This document shows, one piece after another, positions 56,595 to 64,000 of a stretch of 64,000 bases of DNA. Origin of the DNA: an uncultured Solirubrobacterales bacterium (GTDB lineage Bacteria; Actinomycetota; Thermoleophilia; Solirubrobacterales; 70-9); the NCBI GenBank assembly GCA_963747765.1, contig CAVVGH010000012.1:165-64164 (forward strand), given 5' to 3'. The notes under the pieces were generated by a model. That model did not search any database. It saw nothing but the letters and a program-made list of their open reading frames with translations, and was not told the DNA's origin. The stretch's first letter is position 1. Each line of letters opens with the position of its first letter. The position numbers and the translations under genes were made by a program.

Positions 56595-58648
56595 ACTGCC
56601 TCGATCCGGGCCCACTCGGGGCCATCGTCGTAGACCACGAACTCGGTCGCGCCGCCGGGTAGCTCGATGTCCTCGGCCTTGTCGCGGTCGTTGGTGCTGT
56701 GCCGGATCACGTACTGTCTGCCGACTCGCGGCAGCAGCACGTCCCTGACCGCGCCAAGGCCCTGCGATTTCGACACCATCACTACCACCTGTGGCGCCAA
56801 CTGGGGGATAGTGCGGGAGATCCGCTCCTGGTAGGAGGTGTCGAGCTTGCCGAATGGCGAGTCCATCACGACCGGGAAGATGCCTCCCGAGAACTCGCCG
56901 AGCACTCCGCCGGAGTCATTGTCCTGAAAGCGCTGGCGGGCGAAGTCGGCGACCGCGCCGACGAAGGCGAGGCTGAGGATCTGGCTCTCGCCGCTTGAGC
57001 GGGCGACATCGGATTCTTCGTCGCGTGGTTTGGTCAAGCGCAGCCGGAAGTCGCGGTCGAGCTGAGCCCGATAGTCCTTATACGAGGTTCCCGCGTATAT
57101 GCGGGAGATCTCCCTGTCGAGGCTCGCGCGGACTTTCTCCGTCTCAGCCTCGAACACCGCCTCCAGCTCCAACCGGGCTTCCCGAGCCACCGCGACCCGC
57201 CGCTTTGCCCGTTCCGCCTCTGCATTCTTCGCCTCGGCCTTGAGAATGTCCCGTTCGGCGTCACCCTTTTCAGCCTCTAGAGTGCGCTTTCTTTCCAGGA
57301 GGACGCCTATCCGCATCGTGTCAACCTGGGAGGCGTCCTCAAGCTGCTCTCGGCGCCGCTCGAGCTGGCGGATTTCCTCGGAGTCGATCCGGCCCATCGT
57401 TTCCTTGATTTCGTCGAGCTGCTCGCGGATCGTCTGGCGACGGCGGCGATGCCGCTCCAGCTCGCCGTTGGTCTCGTGCAGGTAGTCATAGAGCCGGTCC
57501 CGCCTGCCAAAGACATGGCCGGCTTCGCCGCCGACTTCGATCCAGGTCTCCTCGGCAAGGCTGTCGCCTGCTTTGTCCATCCACTCCTCAACGCAGCGAT
57601 AGGCGCTCCCGCCCTCGGTCAACTCGCGTCCACAGATGCAGCGGTTGCCATCGAGGAGATCCTGGATCAGCTGCTGCTTGATCGCAGAAGGGATCTCGCC
57701 GCGGGTCCGGTGCTCTTCGACCGTACGGGTGACTGTCTGTGCCAATCCCTCGAGGAAGGCGAAGTGCCCCTCAGCCGAAATCTTGACGGCGAGCGACGAC
57801 TTCGAGGCGGCGATCTCGGACTCAACCTGCGTCAGTTCCGCTTCCTGCTCTTCACGCCGAAGCTGCAGCTCCTGTGCCTCCTTCTTGCTCGCCAGCGTCG
57901 CGTAGATCTTGGCAATTTCGTCGCTGCGGATCCGGTTGTCGGCAGCCAGCCCTGCCCGCTCCTTCTCGATCCCCGCGATATCGCTCCGGATCCGTTCCAG
58001 CTCCGCATTCAGACGCTTGTCGTCCTCAGAACCGACCTCAGCCGCCTCGCGTCCCAGTTCCTCCCCCGCCTGTTCGAGGTGCCGGATCGCGCGTTCGACG
58101 ACGGTCAGGCCGAGAATCGTCTTGATCCCGTCCTCGATGTCGGCGTAGGCATCCTTGCTCGCCAGCTTTTCAATCTGCTCGCCATCAAAGAAGAAAAAGG
58201 AATGGAGGCGATCCGGGAGGATCTGGCGGATCGCTTTTTCGGGGTTGTCACGCACGTGGCTTCGCCCGGACTCGTCGGTGAAACGCAGGCTGACCTCGGG
58301 CTCCAGCTGGATACGGGCGCCGTCCTCGCCCTTGCGGGCAGAGTCAATGCGTTCGACGGTGTAGGTCCGGCCCTGATCCTCAAAGACGAGGGTGACTCGC
58401 GCTTCTAGCGTCTCCCCGGGTTCGGCCTCGGCCCAGGCGGAGTGATTGATTAGATCCTCGGGCTCCTCAAAAGCAGGGCTGTGCTCGCCATAGAGCGCCC
58501 AGGTGAAGGCGTTCAGGAGAGCAGTCTTGCCGGCGCCGTTGGCTCCGTAGATGACCGTGACGTTGCGATCGTCACTTGTAGAGAACCGCAGCGATTGCTC
58601 ACCTCGGTACTGCCGGAAGTCCTTCAGGCTTGCCGAATGGAGAATCAA
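56591..58648 (-). CDS. DndD-like SMC/ABC-type ATPase (restriction-module paralog)
   Basis: 685 aa. Walker A GANGAGKTA, an extended coiled-coil, SSGESQIL signature and VVMDSPFGKLD Walker B. TTG start overlaps the upstream small ORF stop (TTGA). Confidence 0.85.
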   Translation of the reverse strand: MILHSASLKDFRQYRGEQSLRFSTSDDRNVTVIYGANGAGKTALLNAFTWALYGEHSPAFEEPEDLINHSAWAEAEPGETLEARVTLVFEDQGRTYTVERIDSARKGEDGARIQLEPEVSLRFTDESGRSHVRDNPEKAIRQILPDRLHSFFFFDGEQIEKLASKDAYADIEDGIKTILGLTVVERAIRHLEQAGEELGREAAEVGSEDDKRLNAELERIRSDIAGIEKERAGLAADNRIRSDEIAKIYATLASKKEAQELQLRREEQEAELTQVESEIAASKSSLAVKISAEGHFAFLEGLAQTVTRTVEEHRTRGEIPSAIKQQLIQDLLDGNRCICGRELTEGGSAYRCVEEWMDKAGDSLAEETWIEVGGEAGHVFGRRDRLYDYLHETNGELERHRRRRQTIREQLDEIKETMGRIDSEEIRQLERRREQLEDASQVDTMRIGVLLERKRTLEAEKGDAERDILKAEAKNAEAERAKRRVAVAREARLELEAVFEAETEKVRASLDREISRIYAGTSYKDYRAQLDRDFRLRLTKPRDEESDVARSSGESQILSLAFVGAVADFARQRFQDNDSGGVLGEFSGGIFPVVMDSPFGKLDTSYQERISRTIPQLAPQVVVMVSKSQGLGAVRDVLLPRVGRQYVIRHSTNDRDKAEDIELPGGATEFVVYDDGPEWARIEAV

Positions 58649-58824
58649 CGGACGTGGTTCTTGATCAAGTCGATCAGGTCCTTACGGATTCGCGGGCGTT
58701 CCAAGTGGACGTTTTCGCGCTCCAGCAACAGAATCGCCGCCAGCACCTCTTTGGCCTCGGATGACAATGCCTCCGTCTGGCCATTGCCACGATCGTCAGC
58801 TTTGGTGGGGAGTCCGTCAGCCAA
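58645..58824 (-). CDS. small unannotated ORF (59 aa) between the helicase and the ATPase
   Basis: Hand translation: (M)ADGLPTKADDRGNGQTEALSSEAKEVLAAILLLERENVHLERPRIRKDLIDLIKNHVR*. The TTG at 58824 overlaps the helicase stop and the stop overlaps the ATPase start. It fills the otherwise empty 170-nt gap. Confidence 0.55.
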   Translation of the reverse strand: MADGLPTKADDRGNGQTEALSSEAKEVLAAILLLERENVHLERPRIRKDLIDLIKNHVR

Positions 58825-60931
58825 TGTGCAGTAACCCGTATCTTTCTCTCACCTCGGCCAGCGAGTGCAGGGCCTGCAGACCGTTCCGAGCGAGTTGAGC
58901 GAACAATGCTATCCGGTTCAACTCTCTCTCGACCAGCCTGCGCTCGGTTGCCCAGAGTTCCGCTTCGACCGATCCTGCTGGCGGCAGAACGAGGAAGTCG
59001 TGGATCTCGGCGCTCTCCTTCCCGGGTGCGCGCCGTAACACCCGCCCGCGGCGCTGGACGAATTGGCGCGGATTGGTGCTGCTGGCGAGGATGAACGCCC
59101 GGCGCGTCTCTGGGATGTCAACGCCCTCGTCGAGGCAGCGAATCGCGACCAGGCCTTGCAGGTCGCCAGCGGCGAAGCGCTCCCGCAGCACATCCCGTTC
59201 CTCGGCGAAGTTCTCGTGCGTATAGCTCTGCACCGACATCCCGAGCTGAGAACCCAAAAGGCGGACCACCGCGTCGAGTTGGCGTTCGGCGGTGACTTCT
59301 CCGGCATCGACCGTCCCGTCGCCGCAGTAGAAGAGGTTGTGCGTCGTGTTCACGAATGGGCGGACCGTTTCTGCCAGCGCGGTCAACTTGTTCCGGGCGC
59401 CAGCCACGATCCGTGCCCGTTTCACCAAGAGAGTGAGCAGGGGTCCCTCCGGCGCCGACTCCTTGGCGGAGTGGCTCATTCTTGCGATCTTGGCAGTCAA
59501 TTCCAGGTAGGCGTCCAGCTCCTCGTCCTCCAGCTCAACCACATGCGGAAAATAGTCATATGGAGTGAGCGCGCCGGACTTGATGGCTGCCTCAAGCCCA
59601 AAACTGAAGACGGTGCCCCCGAAATACGAGTCGACAAACTCCGACCCCTCATCGTCATACGCTCGGTCCGGCGTCGCCGAGAGCGCGATCCGATAGCGAT
59701 AGGAGTCCGTGAGCGCCTGCCGGGCCATCGACGAGCCGAGGTTGTGGGCCTCGTCGGCGATCAACAAGGTGTGACGAGGGAATTCGGCGGCCATGGCGCG
59801 AAACGGCTCGCCGATGAAGGTGCTGTTCGTCACGATCGCCATGGCGAATTTCGCCGAGCCAGCCTTCAGGGCGTGCATCCGCTCGCCCAGCGCCTCCCGC
59901 CAGGTGGCAACCGAGCGGTAGCAGAGCACCGGATCAACCCCGAATTCCCTAGCCGCTTCCGCCCATTGCCGAACCAGGTGTTGGTAAGGACAGACAACGA
60001 CGCAGAACAGCGATTTCTCGGTCGCCGCACGATGCTGTTGAAGCCTGGTCGCGGCGGCCAGGGCAGTGTAGGTCTTGCCGGTCCCGGTCGCCATCTCAAG
60101 GATCCCGTGCGCGTCGTTTCGTAACCAAGCGAGAATCGCGTCGCGCTGATAGTCGCGCAGCTCCAGCGTGGCCGGGAGATAAGGCTCGCGAGCGGGACAG
60201 AACGCCGAAGGCGACGACTCGTCCGGCGGCGCCTCGGGCTCGCGGGGAGGCGGTGAGACAGACGACCAATGCCTGACCAGTGCCTCAGCGGCCGCCTCCG
60301 GAAAGGAGAAGACCTCGAGTCCCGGCGTCTCGTTCGCCCACAGGTCTTCAAAGTCCGCCCGAATCGACTCGAAGTCCTTCAGCTCGGCCTCGACCCAGGA
60401 ACGGAAGACCAGGAAGGACTCGAAGTTCGTCCGCAGCCCACCCTTCGACTCGTTCATCGAGCCGAAAAACGCCACCGAATCACCAGCCTCGTCTTCGAAG
60501 AGCCCCAACTTCTCGTGATAGATCCCCGCGGTCCCATCCTCTTGACGCACTGCAGCCAGCTTGATCTCCAACCGGCCCTCGGCCACCAGTCGCCCCAGTA
60601 CCGCCAACCGCTCATTCGCCGCATGGGGATAGGCGACAGTCATCACCGCCGTGACCGTTTGCGTGATCTCCCGATCTCGCCGCTTGTAACCATCGACGAT
60701 GGCCCCCAGGTCCCTCTCCCCCAACTGCGGCGAGGCGACCAACCTCATCTTCCCCCCACCCCCCAGAAACCCCGCCAATCCATCCGCAGCCGAGCTCAAC
60801 GCCGCACTCGAATAAAATCCGACTGCTCGGTCATATCGCCGCGCACACGAGAGGCAGGGCGCGAAGAAGTCGCGAACGAAATCGTCGCGGCCACTTCTGT
60901 ATTTCCGTTTGAGTTCTAGGTCTCGAAGCAT
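58817..60931 (-). CDS. PLD-family nuclease domain fused to SF2 (DEAH) helicase; phosphorothioation-system restriction-enzyme-like
   Basis: N-terminal HKD-like IYHEKLGLFED...GSMNES. Helicase motifs ATGTGKT, LLIADEAHNLG, LSATP and QRRGRVLR. 704 aa. Confidence 0.85.
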   Translation of the reverse strand: MLRDLELKRKYRSGRDDFVRDFFAPCLSCARRYDRAVGFYSSAALSSAADGLAGFLGGGGKMRLVASPQLGERDLGAIVDGYKRRDREITQTVTAVMTVAYPHAANERLAVLGRLVAEGRLEIKLAAVRQEDGTAGIYHEKLGLFEDEAGDSVAFFGSMNESKGGLRTNFESFLVFRSWVEAELKDFESIRADFEDLWANETPGLEVFSFPEAAAEALVRHWSSVSPPPREPEAPPDESSPSAFCPAREPYLPATLELRDYQRDAILAWLRNDAHGILEMATGTGKTYTALAAATRLQQHRAATEKSLFCVVVCPYQHLVRQWAEAAREFGVDPVLCYRSVATWREALGERMHALKAGSAKFAMAIVTNSTFIGEPFRAMAAEFPRHTLLIADEAHNLGSSMARQALTDSYRYRIALSATPDRAYDDEGSEFVDSYFGGTVFSFGLEAAIKSGALTPYDYFPHVVELEDEELDAYLELTAKIARMSHSAKESAPEGPLLTLLVKRARIVAGARNKLTALAETVRPFVNTTHNLFYCGDGTVDAGEVTAERQLDAVVRLLGSQLGMSVQSYTHENFAEERDVLRERFAAGDLQGLVAIRCLDEGVDIPETRRAFILASSTNPRQFVQRRGRVLRRAPGKESAEIHDFLVLPPAGSVEAELWATERRLVERELNRIALFAQLARNGLQALHSLAEVRERYGLLHIG

Positions 60932-61217
60932 GTGCAGAGGCCAACGCTATATCGAGTCTGCAGGAGTCCGGTGAGGCAAGGTCGGCCAAGGAAGGTGGTC
61001 GTCGGACAAAACCGTCCCGATTTCACTGGGGCAGGCAAGCCCGACTTCGGAGACCAGCTTGAGCCAGCGCTACGTACTCACGCCGACTTCACGAGAGTAC
61101 CCCGACAACAAATCCTTGCTTGCCACTCCAGCTACGAGGAACGACGATTCACCGCAAGCAGTGGCCATGGCTTCGTGACAGGGACTCTGCAGGTCGGGGC
61201 GACTCCTCTTCGCGGAC

Positions 61218-62837
61218 TCATGTTGCGTCCACCTTCGCTCTCCCCTTCGTCGTCTCGAACCCGGAGCTGCCCTCCTCTCGGCAAAGCCTCCGGTCCCGAA
61301 GCTCCCAGACACCCCGAGGCGAGGCGTCCCGCAACACCCCGCGCCTCACTAACCGCTGCCGCGCCTTTCCGAGCTGTGCCTCCCAACGGGCCACCCCGCT
61401 CGGCAGGACCTCCAGGTCGAGCCGGGTGAGCCGCTCCCGGAGTTCCTCGCCGATGGCCGCGAGCACCTCGGTTCGACGGGCCCGACCGCCGCGGGAGCGC
61501 AGGTGGCGACGGATCGCCGCCTCGAGCGCGGACCCGTCGAGCCGGTCGGCCCGCGCCTCGGACCGCTCGGTCGTGCGCTCCCCGGCCACCAGGGCCTTCA
61601 GCCGCTCCCGCTCGCCCGGGTTGCCGCTCATCGGATGGCTGTAGACGCGGAGGGTGAACCCCGGATGGGTGTGGCCGAGCTGGCCCATCACCGAGATCGG
61701 GTCCTCGCCGGTGGCGATGAGAACCGAGGCGAAGGTGTGGCGGAGTTTGTGGGCGCTGAGCCCGTCCGGCAGCGGCACGTGGCCGCGTGCCGCGAGCAGC
61801 TCGTCGGCGCGCTCAAAGACGGCCCGTAGTGGACGCCGCAGGGTGTCGCTGCTGCGCCGCCGCCCGGTCGCCGTGGGGAAGACCAGGTCGTCGGAGTCGA
61901 CGCCGGCGGCCCGGGCCTTGTGGGCGGCGAGGATGTCGCGGAGGATCGGCAGCATCGTGATCTCGCGCAGCCCTGCCCGGGTCTTCGAGCGTCCGATCAG
62001 GATCCTGCCGTTGGCGAGGTCGATGTCGCGCCAGAGCAGGTGGCCGAGCTCGACCGCCCGGGGCCCGGCCAGGACCAGGGTCGCGACGATCGCCTGGCGG
62101 TCGGCCCGCAGGACCCGCGGTTCGCGGTCCAGTTCGGCCGCCGCGTCGAGGAGCGCCTCGATCTGCGCGGCGGTGTCGAGGTGGACCGGACGGCGTCCGC
62201 CCTCCTTGAGGAGGCGCCGTCTGCCGGCGGCCGCGTTCTCGGTGACGTGCCCGTATTCGAGCGCGATCGAGAGCACCCAGCGCAGGAAGCGGACCGTCTT
62301 GTTGATCGAGCAGGCCGACAGCGGGCGGAGCGCGCGCCCCGAGGCGTCCCGATGGGGCCGCCCGCGCCCGAGCGCCCGCCTGCGCGCCTCCGACTCGGCC
62401 ACCTTGTGGGCGCGGTAGGCGTCGACGGCCTCGACGTCGATCTCGTCGAGGCGCCAGTCGCCGAAGTAGGGACCGACGTGGAGGAGCAGGTCCTCCTGTC
62501 GTTCGAGCGTGCGCCCGGCGACCTGACCGCGCCGCGCGTCGAGCAGCTCGCGGGCGAACTCGCCGAAGCTCGGCGGCGACGTCGGGCCCTCCTCCTCGGC
62601 CGCGCGGCGGCGCCCGCGCTCCGGCGCCACCCAGAGCCCCCGCCGCACGTCGGCCATCACGTTGGCGAGCTCCTCCTCGGCGCGGCCGCGGTCCCAGCCC
62701 TCTGACTCGAGGCCGAGGGTGAGGTAGTGACGCCGCCCGTAGGCGTGGAAGCGCAGGGCATAGCCGCGTCCGGCCTTCCAGCTTCGCTCGAGCACCACTC
62801 CTTCGGCCCTCCTGGCCACCTTCACCCTCCTTCTCAT
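61218..62837 (-). CDS. tyrosine-type site-specific integrase with a C-terminal winged-helix (Mrr_N-like) extension
   Basis: ...HKLRHTFAS...LGHTHPGFTLRVYSH catalytic region. The extra ~130 aa tail ends ...ARWEAQLGKARQRLVRRGVLRDASPRGVWELRD. Confidence 0.85.
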   Translation of the reverse strand: MRRRVKVARRAEGVVLERSWKAGRGYALRFHAYGRRHYLTLGLESEGWDRGRAEEELANVMADVRRGLWVAPERGRRRAAEEEGPTSPPSFGEFARELLDARRGQVAGRTLERQEDLLLHVGPYFGDWRLDEIDVEAVDAYRAHKVAESEARRRALGRGRPHRDASGRALRPLSACSINKTVRFLRWVLSIALEYGHVTENAAAGRRRLLKEGGRRPVHLDTAAQIEALLDAAAELDREPRVLRADRQAIVATLVLAGPRAVELGHLLWRDIDLANGRILIGRSKTRAGLREITMLPILRDILAAHKARAAGVDSDDLVFPTATGRRRSSDTLRRPLRAVFERADELLAARGHVPLPDGLSAHKLRHTFASVLIATGEDPISVMGQLGHTHPGFTLRVYSHPMSGNPGERERLKALVAGERTTERSEARADRLDGSALEAAIRRHLRSRGGRARRTEVLAAIGEELRERLTRLDLEVLPSGVARWEAQLGKARQRLVRRGVLRDASPRGVWELRDRRLCREEGSSGFETTKGRAKVDAT

Positions 62838-62886
62838 CCCCGGGCACCTCGCGGCAGGGGCCTGCCGCCCGGCATCGTCGGGTTCC

Positions 62887-63282
62887 TCATCGCGCGCGCC
62901 GACCCTCGTCGGCGCCGGGCCGGGAGATCCTCGGCCGAGGACCCGGTCGCGATCGTCGCCGCGCGAGGACCCTAGCTCTGTGTCGCGCGGAAAGCGAGTC
63001 GCGCCGCGGGGCGGCCGGGGCGGTCCCGTCGGGGTGCCGGGGAAGCCGCGCGATCACCTCCTCGGGGTCGAAGCGAAGCGGCGCCCTCGGTCCCTCGCCG
63101 AGTCGGATCGCGCCGAGCTCGGAGGCGTGTTCGTGGACCCAGCGGGGGCGCACGCCGAGCACCTCGGCGAGCTCGCGCGTGTCCAGCAGTCTGGCGATCG
63201 GGGCCGGCCGCCGCCCGCCCAGCAGCTCGGCGATGCGCCCGGCCAGGGCATCCAGCGACCGCGGGGAGAGGTCCACCTCCAT
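62887..63282 (-). CDS. excisionase-type helix-turn-helix DNA-binding protein
   Basis: Starts MEVDLSPRS at 63282 with a GGAGGAG RBS. Core LLDTRELAEVLGVRPRWVHEHASELGAIRLGEGPRAPLRF. The C-terminal tail is uncertain. Confidence 0.6.
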   Translation of the reverse strand: MEVDLSPRSLDALAGRIAELLGGRRPAPIARLLDTRELAEVLGVRPRWVHEHASELGAIRLGEGPRAPLRFDPEEVIARLPRHPDGTAPAAPRRDSLSARHRARVLARRRSRPGPRPRISRPGADEGRRAR

Positions 63283-63302
63283 CCGCTCCTCCCCGGACAC
63301 GC

Positions 63303-64000
63303 TCAGCTCCCACAGTGCGCGCCGGATCTCCGCCGCTCCCGGCCGGCGGAGGCCGCCCAGTGCCCGATCCGCGCCTCGGCGATCTCCAGGTAGCGCCCCT
63401 CCCGCTCGATCCCACAGAAGCGCCTGCCCTCGATCCTCGCCGCGGCGCCGGTCGAGCCCGAGCCGGTGAACGGATCGAGGACGAGTCCCCCCGGCGGACA
63501 CACCAGCCGCACCAACCACCGCATCAGCTCGAGCGGCTTCACGGTCGGGTGCGGGTTGCGGGCGTCCCGCGGCCTGCGCGTACGGCCCGCGTTCGGGAAG
63601 AGGTCGAGGCCCCGCGCACGCAGGCCCTCGCACCCCGCGTCGCGCTCGGCGCGCGAGGCCTTGGGGCAGTAGAAGAAGCGGCTCGGCGGGGTCCGCGGGC
63701 CCGAGCGGGCGCGGCTGCGCCCGGCGGATTCGTCGAGCGCCCCCGCCGCGCACCCGGGCACGCAACCGCGCCGATCGCAGCCGCGCTCGTGGGAGACGAG
63801 GACGTCGGCGGGGTGGCGGTCGCCGATCCGACACTCCCCCACCTCGAGCAGTCCCGTACCGTGGCGGGCGACGTTCTCCTCCAGGGTGCCGAGGAGCGGC
63901 CTGCGCGCCAGGACGATCGGCTCGAAGGCCGGCTTCAGGGCACTCGCGCGGTCCCCGGGATAGCGCCGCGACTTCGGCATCCCCGACCCATACAGCCACA
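63303..64000 (-). CDS. N4/N6 DNA methyltransferase (beta-class, phage/ICE-type), 5' end outside the window
   Basis: The frame reads WLYGSGMPKS...ALKPAFEPIVLARRPL...HPTVKPLELMRWLVRLVCPPGGLVLDPFTGSGSTGAAA. It continues past position 64000. Confidence 0.8.
   Translation of the reverse strand, partial: WLYGSGMPKSRRYPGDRASALKPAFEPIVLARRPLLGTLEENVARHGTGLLEVGECRIGDRHPADVLVSHERGCDRRGCVPGCAAGALDESAGRSRARSGPRTPPSRFFYCPKASRAERDAGCEGLRARGLDLFPNAGRTRRPRDARNPHPTVKPLELMRWLVRLVCPPGGLVLDPFTGSGSTGAAARIEGRRFCGIEREGRYLEIAEARIGHWAASAGRERRRSGAHCGS

Noticed and set aside
1-64000. Search for CRISPR arrays, rRNA genes and intact tRNA genes.
   Set aside because: I saw no regularly spaced direct repeats, no rRNA-like conserved stretches, and no complete cloverleaf-compatible tRNA. 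Only tRNA-Asp 3' fragments are present.

Overview
This is a 64-kb, high-GC (by eye about 65-70%) actinobacterial-type chromosome segment. Operons are tight, with many 4-nt ATGA/GTGA/TTGA stop-start overlaps and frequent GTG/TTG starts. Marker families such as the Rxyl_3153-type NDMA alcohol dehydrogenase hint at a Rubrobacter/Thermoleophilia-like host, but that is inference only. The window falls into three blocks. (i) 1-8.1 kb is accessory or decayed DNA. It holds a HEPN(Abi_C)-like two-gene module cut by the window edge, a RelE/ParE toxin-antitoxin pair and a 414-aa orphan. It also holds degenerate tRNA-Asp 3'-half repeats, an intact IS66-family element with an 8-bp TSD, a truncated pdxS and a decayed rve-type transposase. 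(ii) 8.2-45 kb holds a complete mycofactocin cluster: mftA (found by hand translation), mftBCDE plus a coupled SDR, and divergent mftR-mftF. It sits in about 37 kb of acyl-CoA/aldehyde/alcohol redox-catabolic operons, a sugar-type ABC importer and two uncharacterised, internally duplicated tandem paralogs. One copy of a 1380-bp IS3-family element interrupts this block. (iii) 45.2-64 kb starts with a second copy of the tRNA-Asp-fragment repeat, pcaC plus an IS-truncated pcaD, and the second (inverted, identical) IS3 copy. It then holds a DNA-phosphorothioation island: dndA / dndCDE (no dndB) with a dnd-associated methyltransferase, and a Hanks-type Ser/Thr kinase. A four-gene translationally coupled restriction-type operon follows (PLD-nuclease/SF2-helicase, an unannotated 59-aa ORF, a DndD-like ATPase and a small protein). 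An integrase/excisionase/DNA-methylase module lies at the right edge. I saw no rRNA, no intact tRNA and no CRISPR array. The best candidates for something not yet described are the kinase-containing phosphorothioation restriction module (55-61 kb) and the tandem duplicated-domain paralogs (30.5-32.2 kb). Novelty cannot be established without database searches.
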